From Azolla caroliniana (Eukaryota > Plantae > Polypodiophyta), in the NCBI GenBank assembly GCA_043228905.1, contig JBHGNT010000020.1, positions 14,632,001 through 14,696,000 of the forward strand: a stretch of DNA of 64,000 nucleotides, read 5' to 3'. Shown one piece after another: positions 12,430 to 24,769 of the stretch (positions are counted from its first letter, which is position 1; every line of letters starts with the position of its first letter). The position numbers and the translations under genes are program-made. The notes beneath the pieces are model-generated. The model was not told the DNA's origin and ran no database searches. It worked only from the letters and a program-made list of their open reading frames with translations.

Positions 12430-13870
12430 TCCTCCAAAATGGCCCTGATGTTTAGTTCTACTACGGTGTCTGGGGATGGCGTAGGGCCCGTAGGCGCGTC
12501 ATTGTGTGGTTCCCCTACCTAGTCGGGAGGGCTTCTCATGGTGTCGCGGTCGTCCTGTGTGGGCCGTCTGGGTTCTGCGGGCACTTCTTGGGCTATGGGG
12601 GTTGGTTCCGTCGTTCGTAGGCTTACGGTAGGTCGCGGCTCTATTTTGTCCATCACATCCTCCGTGATGTCGGCCATCGTTGTATGCTCTGGGGAGTGGG
12701 GTTGCGGTTCCTCTTGGTCCAAAACGTCCTCTGTGCGGTCGGTCGTAAGCGTATGCTCCGATGGGTGGGGTTCCTCTTGATCGGTGGTTTCGTTGTTTGG
12801 TATTGCGGGAACTCCACTCGCCGTTCCGTGCTGTTCACCGTAGTGGTAATTTCTAGTGACATGGCCTAAGGTTCCTCTTGTTCGGCAGTATCCAGAATTG
12901 GTGTCGTGAGGGATTCCTCGTTTGTTCGCGTGTTGCCGGTTTGCGTGATCTGGTGAAACAGGTCCTCCTGACTTTCACCAAAATCATCTAGTAGCTACGC
13001 GAGTTCCTCGGAATGGTGATCCACTAGCGTGCGATAGTCCTGCGCTAGGTCGCGTATTGCCACAATGCTTTCCTCATTGAGTTTGTAGAACCCTTGGCCG
13101 TCTTTCGTTCGGTTCTCCAAGTCCGCTTGATACGTATGCAATTCCGCGGCTTGTGCAGTCCCCGTCATCCATCCTTTGTATAGCGTCGTTTTCAATTGCG
13201 CCGTAAACCTCTCCCGATTCATTTGTAGAAGGATGCGCACGTTGTCTGTTATGGCTTGGCAACGGTTGCGTGCTTCTTCTACAGATTTCTTGAGGTTTGC
13301 AATTTCCTGCTGATTAACTGCCGCCGCTTCCTCATACGTGCTCCTCATTCCTACCCAAAGGTGGGATTCCTTCGCATGTAGTTCTTCCAGTTTTCCCATT
13401 TCATTGTTCTAGCGGATTTCGAGTTGATGCCTTCTCTCCTATTCTCCCGCCAGCTGCTCGTCAAACCATGGTTTCTTCTTCTCCAATAAGGCTCGGAGTC
13501 CCGCGATTGCCGCTTCTGATTTTTTCGGTTCTTCCCGTAATTGGGCATTTTCTTCTTTCGTCCGGGTGTGCTGTGCTGTCTCCGCTACGAGTTTCTCTTC
13601 AAGGGTCTTCACTTCCTTTTGGCCGTTCGCCCGGATGTCCTTTTCTCTGTCCGAGGACTGACGAAGTTCAGCGCGGAGGTGGTCAATCTTTGATTCCGCT
13701 AGTTGCACGACCTGTTTGGCTTTGGAGGCAATGGCGGTCTGAGCTTCAATCTCTTCCCTCGGGGCTTTAACAGCGTTGATTGTTGGTGGAGCTGCCTGTT
13801 GCTCCATAGTCGCATTATTTTCCAACTCCGTGATGCGTTCATTGGCCTTTTGTAGCTCGGCTTGGGTCAG
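12430..13870 (-). pseudogene. B1 extra 3' ORF, C-terminal coiled-coil part
   Basis: ORFs 13439..13825 and 12995..13399 are E/K/Q-rich heptad-like and homologous to B2 ORFs 41973..42716 and 50611..51027. Confidence 0.7.
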
Positions 13871-16820
13871 TGTTGAGAATCAAGCTCAACTTGGTCTAGT
13901 GTGTGAACTCACCTTGAGAGTGAACAGACACTCCAACAGTCAAGAGTCACCATTATGTCACCACTTTGTATTCAAGCATTTAGTATGAGTCATAGAATCA
14001 TATTCTATGACACATAACTTATGACCTTTCACATTCCCCATGCTCCATGACTCTTGTAGTTAATGAAGAGAGAGGGTGACTATATAAATCACCCTCCTCC
14101 CACCTTGTATAATGTTGAGTCTTTTCTCCTTTGTTAATATATTTTTACCTTGCGTATTCTCTGTGTCTTATTCCTTCTCTCTCTCTCTCTCTGCCTCTCT
14201 CTCTCTCTCTCTCTCTCATACAGACACACAGTTCATAACTATTCCGCTGCACAGAATCCATTTCTTGAATCTTTACATGGTATCAGAGCGATTTAGTAGC
14301 TTGATCTAGCCCATTCGCCTCGTCGTGATCCTGTGTTGAGCTCTATGCCGACGACCAGGAACCGGCTCTTCGCTATCGTAGCGTCGCTACATAGCTAGCA
14401 TTCGAAGAGAGAAGAAGAAGAAAAAGAAGAATCGACAGAATGAATACTCAAATTGGGAGCACTCTCCCTACCGAGAAGTTGGATTGAAACAACTTCGCAT
14501 CTTGGGAGTACAAGATGCACCAATACCTTGTCGGACAAGGCTATTGGAGCTACATCAAAGGAGAGCACGAAGACCGACCCGCCGAAGCGGCTCCCGGATA
14601 CGTGACATGGGAGCAAACCGCAAGCCGCGTGATGTATTGCTTGGTGACATGTGTTCACGATCACATGCTCGGCTACATTCGCGAAGCCAAGGCGTTGAAG
14701 GAGGCATGGGAAAATCTACGAAAGATTTTCGCGACGAACACAACCGCAAGAAGGCTTCAACTTCGCCAAGAGTTGAACAACATTCAACAAAGGGACATGT
14801 CCATCACGACATACACCTCGAAGATCAAGGAGCTTTGTGATTCTCTCGGCTTGATAAGCGTAAATATCGATGATGATGAGATGGTGCAAATATGCCTCGG
14901 TGGCCTCGCACCACGATTCGGCGCGATGTGAACCGCCATTCTAGCATGGGAGAAATCTCCCTCCTTCTTCGAGCTCCAATCAATTTTATTGGTCGAAGAA
15001 AACCACGTGCGTACAAGGAGCAATGAGTCAGAAGGCCACATGCTCTACACGCACTCGAATAGAAAAAGAGGACGTGGACAAGCGAGAGGCCGATTCAGCC
15101 AAGGACAAGGCAGATGAGGTCCGACCTATGACAACAACTCCCAATTTCAGCTACAAAATGGAAGCCAATGAGGAAGATTCGCAAGAAGGGGGAGCTGCCA
15201 CTCTGGACCGAGCCATCAAAACGCAACTGAATGCGGATATTGCGGAAAGCTCAGCCACCACGAAGAAGAGTGCCGAAAGAAGATGCGCGAATCGGCTTCC
15301 ACAAGTCGACAACTCACGAATTACGCGCACAACTCCGAGTATGGAGATCATAGCGGAATGTACGGGCACAACTCCGACTATGAAGATTGTGGCGGAATGT
15401 ATGCACACAACTCCGACCGTGGCGGAATGTTCGTGATGAAACATAGAGCAAACTTTATGTCGGCCTCTACCTCAACTAGTGCCCTCAATCCGGAGGACGT
15501 ATGGTTTGTTGACACCAGAGCCTCAAACCATATGACATCTCATAAAGAATGGTTTCTCGAACTTTGAGAGCCGGAGCGACCTGGTTATGTCGAAACCGGA
15601 GATGACACTACGCATCGGATTCAGCACATCGACAATGTTCCGTTCGACGAAAAAGGTAAGCAAACATACATTAAAAATGTCTTGCATGTTCCCACCATCA
15701 CGAAGAATTTGGTCTCGGTCAGTCAAATGGTTGAGCAAGGGATGCAATTACGATTCGACCAAGAAGGGTGCTTCATTGAAAAACAAGGCTGAATCATCGT
15801 GCGTGGAAGAAGAGAGGGTCGGATGTTCATTCTTGATTCACACGAGATGAAATCCACCATGTTCGCAAAAAGCACGAAAGCCGACTCCGACATAGAGTTA
15901 TGGCACAAGCGAATCGGCCACATCAATCTCAACAAACTCAAAGCAATGAAATCGAAAGGAGTCGTCATCAAACTCCTCACATTCAAAGAGAAGCAGATTG
16001 AAGGTGTATGCGAAGCGTGCCAATTCGGCAAGCAACACCGACACCCATTCCCGAAAGAGCGGATGTGAGAAAAGGTCTACTCGACGTAGTCCATTCCAAC
16101 GTATGGGGACCGGCGCAGAAGGCTACATTCGGCGGCTGCCGATATTACGTGTTCTTCATCGACGACTTCGCTAGGCACACTTGGATCTACCCGATGCGGC
16201 AAAAGAGCGAACTGTTCGGACACTTCCAAAAATACAAGAATGATGTCAAGAAAGCCACGGGCCGACATGTACGATGTCTTCGATCGGATGGCGCCAAGGA
16301 GTACTTCTTGGATGATTTCACAGCGTATCTCCGAATGGAAGGAATTCGGCGAGAATTCACTTGCCGACACACTCCGCAACAAAACGGAGTAGCTGAGCGC
16401 AAAAATCGGCACATCCTCGAAGTAGCACGAGCCATGATGAACGAGAAGCATATGCCCAAATCATATTGGGCCGAAGCTGCAAATACTACCATCGACCTAA
16501 TGAACCAGTGCACAACATCCGGCGTGCACGAGGTCACTCCGATCGAAAAATACTTCGGAAACAAGTCGGACTTATTGCACACCCAGATATTCGGCGCGAT
16601 AGCGTACGTACCCTTCCCCGACGAGAGGCATCAAAAGCTTGACCCGAAGTCGGAGAAATGTATCCTCGTAGGATACTCACTGGAGCAAAAGGGGTACAAG
16701 TACTACAACCCCTCAACTCGAAAATCTAGAGTAAGTCGAGACGTCGTTTTTGATGAGTCTGCATCCTGGTACGCACCAGAAACAATTCCGACTCCGACTC
16801 CACTCGACCTAGAATCCGCC
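13871..16820 (+). mobile_element. Truncated Ty1/copia (family C): 5' LTR, PBS, gag, protease, integrase
   Basis: LTR TGTTGAG...TTTACA 13871-14277; PBS TGGTATCAGAGC 14278-14289; CGYCGK..H, WFVDTRASNHM, LWHKRIGH, LRSDGAKEY, TPQQNGVAERKNR. RT and 3' LTR are deleted. Confidence 0.92.
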
Positions 16821-16824
16821 CACT

Positions 16825-17470
16825 CTGTCGTGGCTAACTCCGCTAACCGTCACTTCACGGATCGAGGTAACGGCGTGGCCTTCCTGGGCTATGGTGCCGG
16901 CAGACCTTGGGGTGGGAATAGTATCGTCAAGCATTGTTGTATGATAGGCCTGAGCTTTTTGCATCCTTGATACACGTGCAGGCCTTCCCTTAACACCCGC
17001 CCTGTAATGACCCCCCAATCGACTGTACGCCCTTCAAAGGTATCAATGATGATACCTGCCTTCTACTTGGGCATCCCATATGCATTTACATGTACGCATC
17101 TGGCCTCCAATAGGAACTTGGAGATTTCGCAGAAAAAGGGATCCGGGATCTCCTTCGTTCTATATGCCTTGCCGGATGACGAATATAAACTGAAATATCT
17201 CTGTAGGGACTTTGCAAGAGGGATTTCGAAATGCCTTTCACCCAGTGGAGACAGGTCCAACTTTTTCTGGATGGATGAGTTGGTGACCGTGTCGATGTTG
17301 AGCTTTCTAGCGATGTACAGTGCATCAGGGTGTGGAGGTGCCTCAACGACCCTGATGTACCCATCCAAGCGTTTCTCTATGAGTGATCGACGCAAGGGGG
17401 TAGAGATGAATATCGGCATAGTCGGAATAGGCTCGTGGCTAGTGGGTGAAGACTGTTGGTTGCGGCGGGC
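16825..17470 (-). pseudogene. B1 extra 3' ORF, N-terminal part
   Basis: PIFISTPLRR...ARKLNIDTVTNSSI...HVNAYGMPK matches B2 ORF 51622..51951. Confidence 0.75.
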
Positions 17471-17609
17471 TTGAGCTCTGTGATAGGATGGAGAAGAGGG
17501 TGAGGAAGGGGAGCAATGAGAGCGCTGAGAGTTAGAAGGTTTATTTCTGTATTGTGTACAAAACCTTCTATTTCCTTCTTTTTGTGGCCTAGGGTTCATT
17601 GGTCGGTGA

Positions 17610-19180
17610 GCCATCGGGCCTGTCCAGTGGAATCGTAATTTTCCTGGCACATGGCCCTTGCGGGTTTGGAAAACTAATACCGCTTTTCCAACCGTAAAAT
17701 CTTTTTCACGCGCATGCCGGTGTCAGTCAATGAATGCTTTGGGCTGCCATTGTTCCTGCTCTGATATGGCCATACTGCGTACCCTTGTTTCTCCTAGCTC
17801 TAGTAGTCTCTGTAGCCGGATTTGCCCTCTGGTAGCTGGGCTCGTATTTGAATCCGTAGACTGGGTACTTGGAATTCAATTGGCATCACAACCTCTAGAC
17901 CAAATGCCAGCCTGAACGGTGTTGATTGTATGTTGCTCTTATAGCTGGTATGGTATGCCCATAACGCACTATGCAACTTGGTGTCCCAATCCGTCCTGTT
18001 CTCATTGACTATCTTTTTGAGGATAGTTTGGAGGGTTTTGTTCGTGGATTCCGCCAAGCCATTTGCCTGCGGATAATACGACGTACTTTTCTTGTGCACC
18101 ACCGCGTAATGTTCGGTTAGTTCGCTGATGACCGTATTTAGAAAGTGACTCCCTTGGTCACTAATGAGCTCGATAGGGTAGCCGAAACGACACCAGATGT
18201 GTTCGTACAAGAATTTCACCGTGATTGCCGCAGTATTCTTGCGTAGTGGTTTCGCTTCTACCCACTCGGTGCAGTAATCCGTAGCCACCAGGATGTACTT
18301 GTTGCCTGTTCGAGCGGTCGTCGGGGTAAAAGGTCCTACGAAATCTAACCCCCACTTTTGGAAAGGATCTAGTGGCAACACTGATTGATGTGGCATTCTT
18401 GCGACTTCTTTGGGCTGGCCTAGTCGTTGGCATAAATTGCACTGTCTCCAATATTAATACGCGTCCTTTTGCGTCGTCGGCCACCACAATCCTGCTTGCC
18501 AAATTTTCCGGGTTGTAACATCGCCCACGTAATGTCCTCCCATCGTGCCACAATGGGCTTCGCATAGAACTGCGGCCTTCTCATCCTGCCGTATTCGGCG
18601 CCTCCAAATGTCGTCACTACCCTTGTGGTATAGTATGTTTTCCGCTACACAGAAATTTCGACTCGGGATGGCCATCCATTTTTTCTCATCCATCTGTAAT
18701 TGGGGTGGCGGTAACCCCGTGGTCAGGAAGTAGGTCATTTCCATGAGCCACCAATCCGGGAAGGTCTTTTCGGTTCATTCTGCTAGTGCTGCTACCCGCA
18801 GAATGTCTGCATCTGGAAAGTGATTATCATCCCTCTGCGCCGTTTCTCCATTATCGAGTCTGTTGAAAAAATCTGCCACTGCGTGTTGCGTACCCAGGCG
18901 GTGCAGAATTATAAAGTCGAATTCTTGAAGGAGCAGCATCCATCTCCCCAATTTCCCCGTTAGCGTTTGTTTCTCCACTAGATACAACAGCGCTGAATGA
19001 TCCACGCGAAATGTGAATTTCCGCCCTAGCAGATAATGCCGGAACTTATCGATGTTGTAGCTCATCCCCAACGCCTCACGTCCCATTGTGGATTAGTTAC
19101 GCTCAACTGTTGATAATTTCCGACTAGTGTAGTACACCGGTTGATACCAATTCGGCTCCGTGAGCTGCATTAGCGCACTA
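17610..19180 (-). pseudogene. B1 integrase and RNase H (C-terminal part)
   Basis: KWGLDFVGP, ISDQGSHF, YYPQANGLAESTNK, FRHYLLGRKF, PVYYTSRKL. Confidence 0.92.
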
Positions 19181-20126
19181 AACACGTTCGCGTTCACAAG
19201 TGGAAGGATTGCGCATTCCACTTGTAGAATCTTCTTGAAACTATCCAAACACACCCTCTCTACAAAAATTGGATGCACTAGTATCACATGTTCCTCAACT
19301 TGATTAGAATTTGCAAATATAAAAATACATGATAGGTCTACGAGTGGAGACCATTAGAAATCATGCAAGTTTGGACGTGTTGATAAGTTAATGTAGGCAT
19401 AATAAAATTCAACAATGGCTCAATATGTCACTAATGTGCGACAAGGGAAACACTAAGTTAAAGACTTATATTAATTTGGTAAGTTTTACAAAAATATGAG
19501 GTGTACTTGTATCCATACTAATAAAATGAGTTATAATTTATACTTTGACTCATACGTGCATGTATATAATTGTGGACAATGTGGGATAGTGCACTTTAGG
19601 ATAATGTGATTAGAATAACTAACTTATTAAAGTATTCAATACTTGTATTTAAAGTTGATCTAATCTATTCCTCTATTTGTTCGTATGGGATCAAACTGTA
19701 TGTATATAATTGTGGACAATGTAAGGCAATGAGCTTTAGGATAATGTCGTGGAAATAACAAACCTATTAAGACTTTCATACTTGTATTTAAAATTGATCT
19801 ACTCTATTGCTTAGGTGATTCACACAGGATCAAACTCTGAATGATAACGCAAGTGGAACTACAAGCGTATAAAAACATGCGGATAACGCTACTGGAACCA
19901 TTATCAACACACTACACAATCTAAGCAGCAATGGAATAGAAACATAATAGTTTTAACAATAGAAGACAAAGATCCATAATAACAACATATATAGTCATGG
20001 CAACAATTGTACGACCATGTTATGTTAAGGTTAGCTTGGACCAAAATCAGCCTCAATTTAAACTAATTTATGTTTCTCCATAAATTTGGTAGTCAGTTAT
20101 GCACGCGGTGAAACCAATGTCATAAA

Positions 20127-20873
20127 TGTTGGGAGACAGGTCCCTCCGGATGGGAAGGGAGAAGAACAGTGCCGACGAACAATCTCGGCCGAGGCCGAAA
20201 CCGGAAGAGGAGTACCCGGCTACGGAGAGCCGGATGGTGCAGACCCGGTGTGAACCGGATGAGGAGTACCCGGCTACGGAGAGCCGAATGGTGCAGACCC
20301 GGTGTAACCCGGATGAGGAGTACCCGGCTACGGAGAGCCGGATGGTGCAGGCCCGGTGAGAACCGGATGAGGAGCACCCGGCTACGGAGAGCCGGATGAT
20401 GCAGACCCGGTGAGAACCGGAGGAAGAGACATATTCGTAAATATGTTTTTGAGAGCCCATCGAGGCTATATTTGTAAATAGCCGAAAAGTCATATTAGTA
20501 TAAATATGACTTAGGGCAAACCTTTAGTGGTTGTTGTCATTCTTGTTGGTGCAAGAATTGAGAGAGCACGTAATAGTGTACAGAGAGAGAGAGAGAAAGA
20601 GGTCGTTGCCTCTGTTGTAACCGCCGCCTGTGGCGAAGATCTGTGAGCACGAGGTCGGTGCCTCAGTGAACTCATTGTTGTACATTCCATCATAGTGATA
20701 GTTTGCAGCCTGTGGGCTGCCGTGGTTTTTTCCACTAGTTTGGGGCTTTCCATGTAAACCTCCTGTGTACCTTGTCTCTTCTTTGTGTCGAGTTTTATTT
20801 CCCGTTTTCTGTGTATCATTCTAAGCTCGGTTGTGGCCGAGCGTTGCGCATAAGGAACGATCAGTTCCCGTCA
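20127..20873 (+). mobile_element. Family-A copia solo LTR, TSD ATAAA
   Basis: TGTTGGGAGA...CCCGTCA is the reverse complement of the 6165 LTR; ATAAA at 20122-20126 and 20874-20878. Confidence 0.93.
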
Positions 20874-21017
20874 ATAAATCTACTAACCAAGTATATAAAA
20901 ATAAAATTGAAACATATAGAAGATTATAAAGAATAGAATTCACCAAGTAAAAACCCAAAATTTGTATTAATAATGTGAAATCCAAACAAATCGTCAGTGT
21001 CATTTTCTTCATAGAGT

Positions 21018-24000
21018 CTATGACATAGCAATGATTTCATCAATGTCATTTTCTTCATCATCTTGTGTAGAACTCTCTTCGGCTATGCGTGCACTGGCTT
21101 CCCCTGTTAGCCGAGCCAACAAAATATCTTCAATAAGCTCATCATCAAGCTCTATTATCTCCCCCGGCTCGCCAACTAACGGAGGAATAGGTTCTCGTGA
21201 AGTAGGTTGAAACCTTTCTGTATCAGCGAGGTTCTTTGCACCGACCTCCTCATCCTGGTTTGGGCACTCCCAGAAAGCCTTAATCCTCATATTTATAAAT
21301 ATAACCTGCTCCTCGTCCTTCTCCAATGCAACTGTATTTCTAAAGAGCTTCAATGCACATGCAGACGTCGTTCCTGTGAAGAAAGTAACAAGAAGATTTA
21401 GTTGTCAAACAAAAAAGATTCGGTATTGGTTATCTCAAGATCGTTACCCTTGTTCGAGGAATACCTGTGCCAGAAAAGAGATCTAATATCCAGTCTCCGT
21501 CGATAGAAAACATCTCGATCAAGCACATCATAAGTCGTTGAGGTTTTTGATATAGGTTGACAAGTCCCCGTTCTGTCGTGGTGACATGTCGCAATTTCCG
21601 TGTCACTGCTGGATATACCAGCATATTTGAACCTCCCACTTCATTAGAATGCTCTTTGATTCTTTGTTTCTTAATTTCATCGAAGTAGCCAACCATGATG
21701 TATTCAATGGCATTAACGAACCAAAAAGTCGGCCCTCTATTTACATTGGTTTTTATCCTATAAAAAATAATACATCGAGTTAAGAATAGATTGAACAACC
21801 TTAAGAAATGCAATATAGTGAATGACACTTATAAATAATCCTTACCATGCAAGGTTCTCGATGCCATGGCAACGAGATCTCAAAGCTTGAGCTACCGAGT
21901 ACCCTTGGTCCATACTATGAAAGACAACAATTCGCCACAAGGATGCAGTCGTTAGCTCAACGAAATCCTTGACCATCTTCTCCAACTGTTTAAACCTAAA
22001 CAGTTCATCGTCGTATGATGACCCAACCATTGGAAATCCATAAGGAATATCCGCAATCATTAGCGTATATTCCTTCTTTGGCACTTTTTGGATCAAGTCG
22101 ACGACATCGCCGCAAACCACATTGTAGTAAAGATCTCTCGTAATATCTTTTTTGTGGCTAAATTTTTTAAAGGAGCCATCTTCCTCCATTTCGTACACCT
22201 TGACTAAGCGAGGATCCTTTTCTTTTCTGGCTCGCTTGAGATTTGCAAGGAAGGATGCTGGGAAATCGTGTATATCCTTAACTTCTCCTTGTTTCTTGCC
22301 ACGACACGGTTTCTAATAGAAGCAATAGGACATCAAGTATTATTATACAACATCTACATATGATGAAAGCGTAATGAAAAAACACCAATACTAACCCAAT
22401 CCTTGAATGCAATAAAATACTCCGATAACGCCATATATGAAGACGTTAGAGGATAATCCTCGGTCACTTGTTCCCAAGTTATACATCCAAGTTGTTTCAT
22501 CATAACTTCTTGGATCTTCATGTACACCTTAGGACTGTAAAATTAGAAATCAAGATTAGAACTTTGAATTACACCATATAGACTTCAATATCAGTATTTG
22601 AAAGACTTACTTATTGAACTCAGTGACCATTTCTTCAAGGCTTAAATCTTTCGCCACAACCCTTGACAAAACAGACACAAGAAGCTGCTCGTCCTTAATA
22701 CCTTGCATCGCTCTCCACAGAGACAGCTTCATGTCCTCAACCGCTTCTTCAACTGTCAAGTCAATTTTCTTGGCCGCTTGTGACTTTAACTCTAGTTGAG
22801 GGTCAACCTTACATTTCTTTTGTCGTTGACCCTTTGCCTCCTTATTCTCCCACATTGAGAAGATTTGATCCTATAGGTCCCATACTTCTCCATCTCTAAA
22901 GGCCAGTTGAAACCAAGACTCATATTTTCGAAGAACATCGGACTTAACATTATCATCTACCACAATACCTACTTCATGCAGACATTGACGTCGTAGACTT
23001 GGATGTAGCTTCACACCAAACTTTTGTTTCACATCCAAGTACTCGTGGTGGAAGAACCTTATACGCGCAATCGACGACATTTTCTGCCTATAGTCATTAT
23101 CATTATTATGGTCCCATGCCAACAGCTTTGCCTCTTCCGTTGTGAGCCGCACGTAAATTTTGCACTCGGCATACTTGAAGAAGAAAGTCGTTGGATATTC
23201 TCTCAGAAGTTGCCGACGTGCCTCCGCTGAATGCGATCCACCAATGACAAAGTAATTATATTGATCATGCTTTCTAATATCAAAATCTTCAATGGTTCCA
23301 CATTCTTTAGGATCTACCATAACAATTAAAGGCACCACAGTGGCATGAGGATTAATTTTCATTTTTTTCTTGAGATTTTGAACATGCATGCGGTGTGGCT
23401 CTCTAATCTCAAGTGGTCTTCGTCCTATTTTTTCATCAATAAGGGGCCGATGGATGTGTGTTATAGGCAAATTAAACACTTGCCCTTTCCTGACCAGTTT
23501 ACGCTGCATTAACTTTCTCCTTATCTTATTCTGCTCGGATGACAACACACCCGATGCTAGCTCAGCTCCTGGCGTCCCCTTAGTGTCCTCCTCTTCATTT
23601 TCACTTGATGAATAAGAGTCCGACATTTTGGTTGTCTTCTTCTTTGGTGGTCTTGATTGTACTTTAGATACCCTTTTTGTGGCCTTCACTGAGGAGGGCA
23701 CGTCCTCCATTAGAGTTACATGGCCTTGTATATAAGGCCTCAAGGTAACAACAAGGTTTTGTGAGCTTTCAAGGTCTTTTTTGAACGCTTCTGGCCCACA
23801 AGATTCCTTTACTAGAAGATCTTCTGAAAGGAACACTTTACGTCCCACCTTGGAGCACTCTATCATTACATGTATGTTGGCCGAATCTGCATCTTCGCAG
23901 TCAAATCGTAGAATTTGGCCATACATAAATGGGGTTTCCTTTCCGAGCTACCCCTCCCCCTTCTTCTTTGTTGTATACAATACGACTTTTTTCTTTGAGT

Positions 24001-24249
24001 CGACGTATTGCATACACCATTCCTTGTCCGTCAGATCACGGTCAGAAAGGTCTTCACCTCCAGTAGCTGCTACAAGTTTCTTTTGGCTAACCTCAAATGT
24101 GTGGTTTAGATTTTAACTCCTCGTTGAAGAGAAGCTTTTTTCCTCTTTTCATGGACTCGGGAGCTACTAGGGTCTGTGTTTCAATTGGAGAACCCTGTAT
24201 GCGGAGCTTTATCTTCTTCACAGGTTAGTCCGACAAGTTCTCAAACGAC
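21018..24249 (-). pseudogene. Intron-containing ParB/Srx-like domain plus beta-class N4C/N6A DNA methyltransferase fusion (in-frame stops in the N-terminal half)
   Basis: Predicted exons 24249-22611, 22534-22396, 22312-21846, 21757-21465, 21373-21018 with GT-AG introns. Spliced motifs: LMIADIPYG (motif IV), AW|IKTN..EYIMV, YQKPQRLMMCLIEMFS..GDWILDLFSGTG|TTSACALKLFRNTVALEKD (motif I). ParB-like YFVIGGSHSAEA...EEAKLLAWDHN. Confidence 0.85.
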
Positions 24250-24769
24250 CTATTTAAGAAAGGACATGAGAAAACATAAGTTAGGTGGGCACATAGATTA
24301 AGGTTGTATATTAAAATACAAATAAGTAGATGAGGAAATAAACTAGCAGGCAATTTGTGGTGAACTATAAATATCAATCATGCATTCAGTGTACATGGTA
24401 GTCCTATATTCAGTAATCTATTCTAGTAAGGGCTATTAAACTTAGAAAGTATATATTGAATAAGTATACAAGGTTATATATTGTCTTGAAGGGCAGGTAT
24501 GACTTATATTGATTCCATAACCATATTGTAGATAATTTACATATGATAGAATTGAGATTGGTATTGTAAAGGTAATTTGTGGGTTATTTTCTACTATTTT
24601 AAGCTATAGTAGGTCATAAAACCCCTATAATTAAGGCCCCTTTTTTTTAAAAAGTAAGGCAAGTCGACATAAAAGAGACTGATTTTGACAGACAGTTTGA
24701 TATGTTTTCTCACAATACTAAATTGTTGCCCCAAAAACACAATATTCCTCTTTCAGGGTCTTCTTTTAT

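Noticed and set aside
19176-19185. CACTA terminus (CACTAAACAC)
   Set aside because: No matching TAGTG at the right end; CACTA belongs to the host RNase H sequence and TSD, and the transposase is not En/Spm-type.
21018-24249. Bacterial contamination as the source of the MTase gene
   Set aside because: The gene has spliceosomal GT-AG introns and lies inside a TIR element that carries plant copia solo LTRs and is inserted in a plant gypsy element.
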